A stretch of 51,422 nucleotides of DNA, from contig CBFGTA010000001.1 of assembly GCA_965651595.1 (NCBI GenBank), positions 1 through 51,422 of the forward strand, in the 5' to 3' direction. The position numbers and the translations under genes are program-made. The notes under the pieces are model-generated. The model saw only the letters and a list, made by a program, of their open reading frames with translations. It had not been told where the DNA came from and made no database searches. Of the stretch, positions 26,795 to 34,413 are shown piece after piece. The stretch comes from an uncultured bacterium (GTDB taxonomy: Bacteria; Actinomycetota; Actinomycetes; S36-B12; UBA10799). The stretch's first letter is position 1. The number at the start of each line of letters is the position of its first letter.

Positions 26795-28071
26795 GTAGCG
26801 CATCAGACTCTGCCGGGAACAGCCAACTGGACCGGCGGCTTGGCCTCCGCGACGCCACCGCCATCGGCCTGGGGTCGATGGTCGGGGCGGGAATCTTCTC
26901 GGCCTTCGGGCCAGCTGCGGGAGCCGCTGGCCCGCTGCTGCTCGTTGGCTTGCTCATTGCCGGGGCAGTAGCGTTCTGCAACGCCACCAGTTCCGCCCAA
27001 CTCGCTGCCCAGTATCCCGCTTCCGGCGGCACCTATGTTTACGGTCGGGAACGACTCAATCACTGGTGGGGGTTTCTGGCCGGGTGGGCATTTGTGGTCG
27101 GAAAGATCGCCAGTTGTGCGGCGATGGCTCTGACGTGCGCGGCCTATGTGTGGCCTGGGTCGGGTTCTCGCATTGTCGCGGTGGTCGTCGTGGTTGCGGT
27201 GGTCGCTGTCAACTACCTGGGCGTCACGCGCACAGCGAGCGTGAGTCGGGTTATCGCGACCGTTGTCATCGTCGGATTGCTCGTCATTGTTGCGGCAGCG
27301 TGGCTGACAGGCACGCCCACGGTGGATGTCACAGCGCCCGAGCCTGCTACAGGATCGTGGTACGGAGTGCTGCAGGCCTCGGGATTCCTGTTCTTCGCGT
27401 TCGCGGGCTACGCCCGCATCGCCACCCTAGGCGAGGAGGTGCGTCGCCCTGAGCAGACTATTCCGCGGGCCATTGTGGGAGCACTTGGCGTCGCCCTGGT
27501 CGTCTACGTGGTTGTCGGCGTCACCTTGGTGGCGTTCCTGCCTAGCACCCAGATTGCCGCATCGGGCAATCCCCTGTTCGTATTGACGGAGCAACTCGGG
27601 CTGTCCAGCCTTGGCGTGCTGGTGGTGGTGCTCGCGGCGATCGCCAGCGGGGGCGCCTTGCTGGCTCTCGTCGCTGGCGTCGGCCGGACCACCTTCGCGA
27701 TGGCTCGCGAGGGGGATCTGCCGAAACCGCTGGCTGCAGTGCACCCGCGCTTTCGAGTCCCCCATCGCGCTGAACTGCTCGTCGGCGCAGTCGTTGTCGT
27801 TCTTGTCGTGGCCACCGACCTGCGGTCCGTGATTGCCTTCTCATCTCTCGGAGTGCTGGTGTACTACGCCATCGCCAACGCTGCCGCTCTCACTCAGACA
27901 GGCGCTTACCGGCGGTATCCGCGGGCCCTGCAATGGCTCGGCCTCGCAGGCTGCGCCATGCTGGTGGCGACCCTGCCCATACCAGCATTGCTCACCGGTC
28001 TGGCAGTTCTTGCCGTTGGTCTGGGTGGACGCTGGGTCTTAGTCCACTCCCAACGTCTTCGCCGTCGGTGA
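26791..28071 (+). CDS. APC-superfamily amino acid/polyamine permease
   Basis: The GTG at 26791 overlaps the GT87 stop (GTGA). The product reads VSSASDSAGNSQLDRRLGLRDATAIGLGSMVGAGIFSAFGP..., a typical APC N-terminus, and has 12 TMS. The ORF-track upstream extension (26614-26790) lies inside the GT87 gene in another frame. Confidence 0.85.
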   Translation: MSSASDSAGNSQLDRRLGLRDATAIGLGSMVGAGIFSAFGPAAGAAGPLLLVGLLIAGAVAFCNATSSAQLAAQYPASGGTYVYGRERLNHWWGFLAGWAFVVGKIASCAAMALTCAAYVWPGSGSRIVAVVVVVAVVAVNYLGVTRTASVSRVIATVVIVGLLVIVAAAWLTGTPTVDVTAPEPATGSWYGVLQASGFLFFAFAGYARIATLGEEVRRPEQTIPRAIVGALGVALVVYVVVGVTLVAFLPSTQIAASGNPLFVLTEQLGLSSLGVLVVVLAAIASGGALLALVAGVGRTTFAMAREGDLPKPLAAVHPRFRVPHRAELLVGAVVVVLVVATDLRSVIAFSSLGVLVYYAIANAAALTQTGAYRRYPRALQWLGLAGCAMLVATLPIPALLTGLAVLAVGLGGRWVLVHSQRLRRR

Positions 28072-28704
28072 CGCGGGTACCTCGTCCTTGTCGGGGAAGG
28101 TGCCCAATATGTGGTCCGCAGCGTGATTCGTCACACCCATCCAATACTGCTCATTTCGGTAGTGGTGCAGCCGGTGAGCCCGCTCCAGGTACCGGGCATA
28201 GCGGTTCTTCGGTCGGCAGCCGGAGTGAACATAGAAGTGTGTCCACTCGTAGACGTTGCCGATCGCGGCGAGAGTCGCCAGCGCCGTCAATGCCAGGCCA
28301 GGCGTCGGAAGCACGACAAAGGCCACGACGACAGCAACCGGGACGATTACGAGCAGACTACGAGTCGGGATGAAGACCGCATCGATGACGCGAGGATCAC
28401 GGTGGTGGCGGCGATGCTCCTTGGCGAGGTGGAAGTCCAGCACCCAGCGCCCAATGCGTCGTGGCCGATAGTGGAGAACAAACGTGTGGATCAACCACTC
28501 CGTGAGCGGATGGAAACCCACCATCGCTACCACGATGACAAGGTCCCACCAGCTCCAGCCACCAACAAACAAACGAGCCGACGCCGCCACGGCCAGTCCG
28601 ATCAGTAGTATCCACGGACTGACATGGCGAAAGTAGACGGGCAAGACATCTGGGATGCGGGTGGACGAAGCGAACCGGACTGGCGCGGTGGTGGTGTCGG
28701 GCAT
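28039..28704 (-). CDS. Fatty-acid hydroxylase / sterol-desaturase superfamily membrane di-iron enzyme
   Basis: Three histidine boxes are present: HTFVLH (Hx4H), HRRHH (Hx2HH) and HRLHH (Hx2HH). Four hydrophobic segments are visible. The ATG at 28704 shares one nt with the GntR stop (TGATG) and is preceded by GAGGAGGAA. Confidence 0.8.
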   Translation of the reverse strand: MPDTTTAPVRFASSTRIPDVLPVYFRHVSPWILLIGLAVAASARLFVGGWSWWDLVIVVAMVGFHPLTEWLIHTFVLHYRPRRIGRWVLDFHLAKEHRRHHRDPRVIDAVFIPTRSLLVIVPVAVVVAFVVLPTPGLALTALATLAAIGNVYEWTHFYVHSGCRPKNRYARYLERAHRLHHYRNEQYWMGVTNHAADHILGTFPDKDEVPASPTAKTLGVD

Positions 28705-29435
28705 CAGGATTCCTCCTCGGCGGTTTCTAGGGCAGAGATCAACTTCTCCCATTCATCGTCGCTTCGTGTCAGGAGCGATCGTGCCGCTGACTCGGCGGAA
28801 CGCTCACTCCCGCGCTCGATGGCTTTGACCAGACGGGCGTGGGTGGCGTCGTCGGCGATCTCGTTTGCCACGATCTCGACGATGACGTCTTGGATCGGCG
28901 CGTAGGTAGCCCGCATGCTGTTGAACGCAAGTTGGTAGGCGATGTTGCCGCTTACCTCGACCACCGTGGACCAGAAGTCGAGGTCGCGGTCCTGTCGCTG
29001 CTGCAGTTGCTCAGCTTCGGCGAGGGCCACTTGGGCCCGCTGAATCTTCGCAACATCGGTGGGCCGGCGGTGGCGGGCAGCAAGCCGACTCGCGTCCGCC
29101 CCAATCGCTACCCGCAACTCCAAGAGCGAACGCAATACCTGCGGATTGATCCCTCCTTGTACGGAGACCAGGAGTCGAGGTAGCAACGCGAGATCGGTGG
29201 AGGCTCGAAAGTCGAGTATTCGGGTACTTTCACCCTGACGGATTTCGACGAGTCGGGATTGTGCCAAACGTTGGAGAGCTTCCCGAACCACCGCCCGCGA
29301 CACACCCAATTGTCCTGCTAGCTCCCGCTCACCCGGCAAGGCCTGGCCCGGCACGAGTTGGCCCGTCACGATTTGGTCGGCAACTTGTTCGTAGACGGCC
29401 GTGGCCGCGCTTTGTTGGTTGACAGCAGTGAACAT
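28704..29435 (-). CDS. GntR-family transcriptional regulator (FadR subfamily, FCD domain)
   Basis: VYEQVADQIVTGQLVPGQALPGERELAGQLGVSRAVVREALQRL is a GntR winged HTH. The C-terminal domain is helical. Confidence 0.9.
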   Translation of the reverse strand: MFTAVNQQSAATAVYEQVADQIVTGQLVPGQALPGERELAGQLGVSRAVVREALQRLAQSRLVEIRQGESTRILDFRASTDLALLPRLLVSVQGGINPQVLRSLLELRVAIGADASRLAARHRRPTDVAKIQRAQVALAEAEQLQQRQDRDLDFWSTVVEVSGNIAYQLAFNSMRATYAPIQDVIVEIVANEIADDATHARLVKAIERGSERSAESAARSLLTRSDDEWEKLISALETAEEES

Positions 29436-29500
29436 TCCATCAGGGTATCAGGTGGTCAGACCAGTGGCGCGGTGTCGTGCGGCCGTTTGGCGGCTCGAGT

Positions 29501-31759
29501 TCAGCCGGAGGTGGGCGAGTCCTTGCGATCAGGGTCCCGGAAGGCGTCATTGAGGTAGTCACTTAGCCACATGAGGTGGCTGATCCACTCTTCCACCACC
29601 GCCAAAGTCTGGGCGCTGCGCCCGACAGTGGCAGGATCGGCCTCGTCGGCAAGTTGTGTGAAGCACTTGCGCACACTGTCGGTCAGACGTTCTAGGGAGT
29701 CGTTGCTCGTGGTGTTGCTCCTCGAAGGGCGGTACGGAGACAGGATGGCGTCGGCACTGTGGCCATCACCGGCGAGGGTCTTGGCCGAAGCGATGCGGTC
29801 AGCAGCAGCACTGAGTTGGGCTCGCACCACATGCGCACACACCAGGACACGGTCCGCAACATCGGGACACATGCCGATGGATTTGCCCGTACGCATGAGG
29901 AAGCGGATCAAGTCAGCCGAGTAGATGACCTGGGCACTGACGTTGCTGGCCAATGCCCAATGCCGGTAGTCAGGACCCGAAGTTCCCCGCCCACTGGCAG
30001 CGAGGTCGAAGGTTTCGTTCGCAAGTGCCACTGCTGCCCTGGCATTGTTGCTCTCACTGGCCATCAGGTCATCAACAACCGGGCCGAGAGACAACCGTTC
30101 GTATGTCGCCACGAGGTAGGTTGCCGAACTGCGTACGGAGTTGGCCAGAGTTCGGCGCACTTGCGGATACACACCACGGGGCCACATGAGGGCCGATACG
30201 AGCAAACTCACGCCGAGCCCAGCTGCGACATCGATGAGTCGGACCTCCGCGACAGTCGTGCTGGGTCCATCGATGAGCCCCAGTAAGACCACGACGAACA
30301 AGGTAAACATGGCTTGGCCCGAGACGAAAGAAATGGCTGACGATGCATAAGAGGCGCCAAAAACTGCGAGGGGAAACGCGATGGCATAGACAACGACGTT
30401 GTCGCCGACAAGACTCACACCAACGAACGCAGCGACGAAGCCAATAGTGGTACCGAGGATCGCCTGCAAGGCCGTTCGGCTGGTTCCAAGGGCGTCGAAG
30501 CGCAGGGCAGTCAGTGCCCCCAACACCACCCAGAAGCCGTGGTCGAAGTGGCCGATGTGGGCGACAGCAACTGCGGCCGCCACGGCGAGGGACGTGCGGG
30601 CAGAGTTGCGAAACCACGGTGAGCTGAGAGTGAACTGGCGTCTGAGCGATTCGCGAGCTGAGACCCCAGCAATCGGTAAACCAGTTCCTTCGAAGAGTGA
30701 CTGCTGGTCGGTGGTAATGGATTGTCCGGCTGCAGCTGGCGTCAAGGTGGTGATGATCTCGCTACCGAGGGAGGCTAGCCGTAGCCGAAAACTGCGATCG
30801 AGGTGGGCGTGGGTGGCGTCAACATCACCAGCACCCAGGAGTGCCGCTGCTTCGTCTTCGGTAGCTGACAAGTGCTGCATTCGAGCTCGTTCCAGCACTT
30901 GTGCATCGGGGCTGGCGCCACCAGAGGCGAGGCAGTCGGCGCAGTCGCGCAACGATGCGGCAGTGGCGAGCGCTAAGTCAGCGTCAGCGGCAGAAGGATC
31001 GACAACATCGCTCGATTGCCAGAGCAGCCCGACTGAAACGCGGTCGAGCTGCTCCACTATCTGCCCCAGTGCCCTGTCTCGCTCGCTCGCCGAACCGGGA
31101 CGATCCAGGTGGCCGTCATAGTAGTTGTGGAGCGCAGCGTGGCGGGCCATGAGGTCCCGGGCCCGCGCGGCCCGACTCGTGGGGTCGGTGTCATCGACTG
31201 CACCAGCGGGAAGGGCCCACGTCGCCTGGACCAGGTGAGCGCAGGCGCGGAGTGCGTCGGCCAAGAATCGGCGCAGACCGTCGACGCGGTGCACTGGCCA
31301 GAGAGTGATTGCGGCTACAGCAGACAGGACGGTTCCCACCGCAAAGGCGAGCATGGTGGCGGGAAGGTCCGGTAAGGGCGTGGCTGAGGTGACGGCAATG
31401 ACGAACGGAAGAAGCAGCGCGGTCGTCGCCGTTGCAACGTAGCCGCGCAGGACGGCCGCAAAGGCGACGACGAAGACAAACACGACCGTACCGATGATGG
31501 CGGACACCAGGTGGTAGCTAGCGAAGGTTCCCAGGGCGATCGCAATGGTGCCGACGAACCCGGTCAGGATGTAGGCCCAAAAACGGGGGCCAGTTCGGCC
31601 ACCGAAGTCTGTGAGGGCCAGGAGAGCGAACACTGCGAACACTGTCAGCATGGCTGCCGGACCGAGTCCTAGGCCGTAGTTGGCAATGACGTAGCCGATC
31701 GGAGCGACGACGGCCACCCGAATCGCTCGGCGCAGAGCCAGCCGCTTGCGATCAACCAC
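29501..31759 (-). CDS. FUSC-family (aromatic/fusaric-acid-resistance-like, YccS-type) membrane protein
   Basis: The 752-aa product has two hydrophobic blocks separated and followed by long helical soluble regions. The N-terminus reads LRRAIRVAVVAPIGYVIANY and the second block starts with NSARTSLAVAAAVAVAHI...GFWVVLGALTAL. Confidence 0.75.
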   Translation of the reverse strand: MVDRKRLALRRAIRVAVVAPIGYVIANYGLGLGPAAMLTVFAVFALLALTDFGGRTGPRFWAYILTGFVGTIAIALGTFASYHLVSAIIGTVVFVFVVAFAAVLRGYVATATTALLLPFVIAVTSATPLPDLPATMLAFAVGTVLSAVAAITLWPVHRVDGLRRFLADALRACAHLVQATWALPAGAVDDTDPTSRAARARDLMARHAALHNYYDGHLDRPGSASERDRALGQIVEQLDRVSVGLLWQSSDVVDPSAADADLALATAASLRDCADCLASGGASPDAQVLERARMQHLSATEDEAAALLGAGDVDATHAHLDRSFRLRLASLGSEIITTLTPAAAGQSITTDQQSLFEGTGLPIAGVSARESLRRQFTLSSPWFRNSARTSLAVAAAVAVAHIGHFDHGFWVVLGALTALRFDALGTSRTALQAILGTTIGFVAAFVGVSLVGDNVVVYAIAFPLAVFGASYASSAISFVSGQAMFTLFVVVLLGLIDGPSTTVAEVRLIDVAAGLGVSLLVSALMWPRGVYPQVRRTLANSVRSSATYLVATYERLSLGPVVDDLMASESNNARAAVALANETFDLAASGRGTSGPDYRHWALASNVSAQVIYSADLIRFLMRTGKSIGMCPDVADRVLVCAHVVRAQLSAAADRIASAKTLAGDGHSADAILSPYRPSRSNTTSNDSLERLTDSVRKCFTQLADEADPATVGRSAQTLAVVEEWISHLMWLSDYLNDAFRDPDRKDSPTSG

Positions 31760-32094
31760 GCGAGGACCTTTCTGTCGGGGCGAGCAGGCTGCTAATAGAT
31801 CTGATTATGCAACCGGACCGCGCGGGAGGTCCGATCCAGCGGCGATCGTGGAGTCGTTTGCACAGTGAACCAGTTCTGGCTGACTATTGCCATTTCTTCA
31901 CCCGTGGGTTCGGAGGGGAATCAGCTGCCCTGGTAGCAAGTGTCCGGGGGATCTTGTGCGTGCCCTCACCGCGATCGTATCGAGACGCATTCCAGGGGAA
32001 GGATCGACACACCTGTTGTCTCAGCTGATGCAGGCGAGCTAAGGGGGGTCGGAAGGCCGTAGCCTCGCACTAGCGCAGTACGGAGGAGGGGAAC

Positions 32095-33231
32095 ATGACG
32101 ATCGTGGCTGGTGCCCGCGTGGCAGTGGCCGACCATGTTATTGAACAGGGTTGGGTCGAGTACGAAAATGAGACAATCGTCGCTGTGGGAGCTGGTCGTG
32201 CTCCAGGACCAGTCGATCACGATCTGGGCGGTCGCAGTTTGCTGCCGGGTTTCGTTGACCAACACTGCCACGGCGGCGGGGGTGCGTCGTTCATCACGAC
32301 CGATCGTGACGAAGCACTCGCAGCCGTCGCCACCCACCGCGCACACGGAACCACCTCCCAGATGGCTTCGCTGGTGGCTGGGTCGGCCCAGGACTTGTTG
32401 GAGCAAGTGGGAACCTTGGTGCCGTTGGCAGCCGCTGATGAGATCGTCGGAATCCACCTCGAGGGGCCGTGGATTTCCACCTTGCACTGTGGGGCCCACG
32501 ACCCCGCGCTATTGCGGGCACCAGACCTTGGGGAAGTAGCCGAGTTACTCGCTGCTGGCGAAGGACACATTCGGATGATTACGATTGCCCCCGAACTGCC
32601 GGGGGCGATCGAAGCAATCGAGTTGATGGCGGACGCGGGGGTAATTGCGGCCGTGGGACACACTGATGCGGACTTCGTGACGACCAAACGGGCCATCGAT
32701 GCCGGGGCAGCTGTCGCCACCCACCTTTCCAACGCGATGCGGCCCCTTCACCATCGCGAGCCAGCCGCAATCGGAGCGTTGCTGGAGGATCCTCGGGTGG
32801 CGGTGGAAGTGATCGCTGACGGCACGCACGTGCACCCAGCCGTTCTGCGGATCCTGTTTCGGGAGGCCGGGGACGAGCGCGTCTGCCTCATTACGGACGC
32901 GATGGCAGCCGCCGGTGCCGATGACGGGCATTACCGCCTCGGCAAACTCCATGTCGAGGTCGTGGACGGAGTAGCGCGGCTTGAGGAGACCGGTGCGATC
33001 GCCGGATCGTCTCTGACAATGGATGGCGCGCTGCGGTATTTGAGCTTGGAGCACGGCACTGCTCTTGAGCGCTTGTGTGTGCGCCTGTCGACGAATCCGG
33101 CCCGCGTGCTGGGCCTCGATGATCGCGGAACGATTGCCGTTGGCCAACGGGCCGACTTCGTGGTTATCGATAACTATTTGCAGGTGCGGACGGTGATTCG
33201 GCGAGGCGAAGTCGCATCTGGTGCCTGGTAG
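32095..33231 (+). CDS. nagA: N-acetylglucosamine-6-phosphate deacetylase
   Basis: LLPGFVDQHCHGGGGASF, GIHLEGPWIS, VGHTDA and ATHLSNAM match conserved NagA metal and substrate blocks. Confidence 0.9.
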   Translation: MTIVAGARVAVADHVIEQGWVEYENETIVAVGAGRAPGPVDHDLGGRSLLPGFVDQHCHGGGGASFITTDRDEALAAVATHRAHGTTSQMASLVAGSAQDLLEQVGTLVPLAAADEIVGIHLEGPWISTLHCGAHDPALLRAPDLGEVAELLAAGEGHIRMITIAPELPGAIEAIELMADAGVIAAVGHTDADFVTTKRAIDAGAAVATHLSNAMRPLHHREPAAIGALLEDPRVAVEVIADGTHVHPAVLRILFREAGDERVCLITDAMAAAGADDGHYRLGKLHVEVVDGVARLEETGAIAGSSLTMDGALRYLSLEHGTALERLCVRLSTNPARVLGLDDRGTIAVGQRADFVVIDNYLQVRTVIRRGEVASGAW

Positions 33232-33248
33232 TTCACAGAGCGCCTGTA

Positions 33249-33272
33249 CCCGGCCGAGTGCGTATCGGCGGG
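33249..33272. terminator. Hairpin between the convergent nagA and SIS genes
   Basis: The sequence is CCCGGCCGA gtgcgta TCGGCGGG, an 8-bp stem with one bulged G. Confidence 0.3.
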
Positions 33273-33300
33273 ACATAACAATTCGTGAGCAGAATCGGCT

Positions 33301-34344
33301 TTAGTGAGTTTCGGTGACTTTACGAAGTCCGCGGGGAGCGTCGGGATCTCCTCCGCGCGCCACGGACAAGGCGTGAGCGAGTTGCTGCAAGGGGATGATC
33401 TGGATGATGGGCGAGACTTCTTCCGCGATTCCCCGCGGCAACTCAATGAGGTCGGCAGCTCCCTGGGCTCGGTTGCGGTCACCGACAACGAGCAGGTCGG
33501 CTCCCGACTCACGCAGACGCTGGAGGACCGGTTCGATCGCTTCACCGCCGATACCTTCGGGCGCGATGGCAACGACGGGGTGGGTGGCGTCAATCATGGC
33601 GAGTGGTCCATGCATGAGGTCGGCTGATGAGAAAGGATGGGCAGACAAGTAACACGTCTCCATGAGCTTCAGCGCGGCCTCCCGAGCAGTCGGATAGGCA
33701 TAACCCCGCCCGGTCGTCACAATCTTCTCCACGAAGCGGTAACGGCCAGCCGCTCGAGCGCCGTCGTTGCCGTCCACGACGGCACTTGCGAATTCCGGGA
33801 GACTACGCGCGAGGGAGGCATCGCCGCCAGCGAGGGAGTCGGCCAACAGGTAGAGGGCAAGAAGTTGATTGGTATAGCTCTTGGTTGCGGCCACAGCTCG
33901 CTCCGGACCGGCCTTGACGTCGATGGTGAACTCGCACGCCTGGGCCAGCGGTGACTCGGGTGCGTTGACGACAGCTACGGTCGTGGCCCCACCTTCACGC
34001 GCGGCGACTGTCGAGTCGACGAGGTCGGGTGACCCTCCCGACTGGCTGACTGACACCCACAACACATCAGTGAGGGCCGGACGGGCACCGTAGGCGGTGA
34101 ACGTCGACGGAGAGGTAAGTCCGACGGGTAGGCCGAGCTTGATCTCCATCAAGTACTTGAAGTAGATAGCCGCATGGTCACTCGTGCCTCGCGCGCACAT
34201 CAGCACAAATCGCGGCTGCCGTTGTCGGACCGCGGCCGCGATCTCACGAATTGCGGGCAGCTCGCATTCGAGCAGTCGGGCCAGGGTGTGAGGTTGCTCG
34301 GCAACTTCGGCTGCCATGAGCGCACCGGGTTGCGCCTCCGTCAC
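33301..34344 (-). CDS. SIS-domain sugar isomerase/deaminase (GlmS-isomerase-like; glucosamine-6-P deaminase NagB-II/AgaS type)
   Basis: Two SIS repeats are visible: FVLMCARGTSDHAA...VSVSQSGGSPD and a second half ending in VVGD. The size of 347 aa is typical. It clusters with nagA, the ROK kinase and the sugar porter. The start is a GTG preceded by GAAGGAG. Confidence 0.8.
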   Translation of the reverse strand: MTEAQPGALMAAEVAEQPHTLARLLECELPAIREIAAAVRQRQPRFVLMCARGTSDHAAIYFKYLMEIKLGLPVGLTSPSTFTAYGARPALTDVLWVSVSQSGGSPDLVDSTVAAREGGATTVAVVNAPESPLAQACEFTIDVKAGPERAVAATKSYTNQLLALYLLADSLAGGDASLARSLPEFASAVVDGNDGARAAGRYRFVEKIVTTGRGYAYPTAREAALKLMETCYLSAHPFSSADLMHGPLAMIDATHPVVAIAPEGIGGEAIEPVLQRLRESGADLLVVGDRNRAQGAADLIELPRGIAEEVSPIIQIIPLQQLAHALSVARGGDPDAPRGLRKVTETH

Positions 34345-34370
34345 GGTCGAACTCCTTCGTGGGTATCGTC

Positions 34371-34410
34371 GGTCCAGGTCGGTCCAGGTCGGTCCAGGTC
34401 GGTCCAGGTC
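34371..34410. repeat. Perfect 4x tandem repeat of the 10-mer GGTCCAGGTC, flanked by degenerate copies
   Basis: The four copies occupy 34371-34380, 34381-34390, 34391-34400 and 34401-34410. Degenerate copies are GGGTATCGTC at 34361-34370 and GGGTTAGGTC at 34411-34420, the latter containing the ROK TAA stop. The repeat lies in the 69-nt spacer between the ROK stop and the SIS start. Confidence 0.95.
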
Positions 34411-34413
34411 GGG

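Noticed and set aside
31790-31815. A/T-rich stretch TAATAGATCTGATTATGC upstream of the FUSC-family gene, considered as an operator palindrome.
   Set aside because: Only the AGATCT core is palindromic and the flanks do not pair. It is more simply explained as the -10/promoter region of the FUSC gene, with no further support.
32545-33276. 243-aa minus-strand ORF antisense to nagA.
   Set aside because: nagA motifs in the plus frame are unambiguous, and the antisense product is not protein-like.
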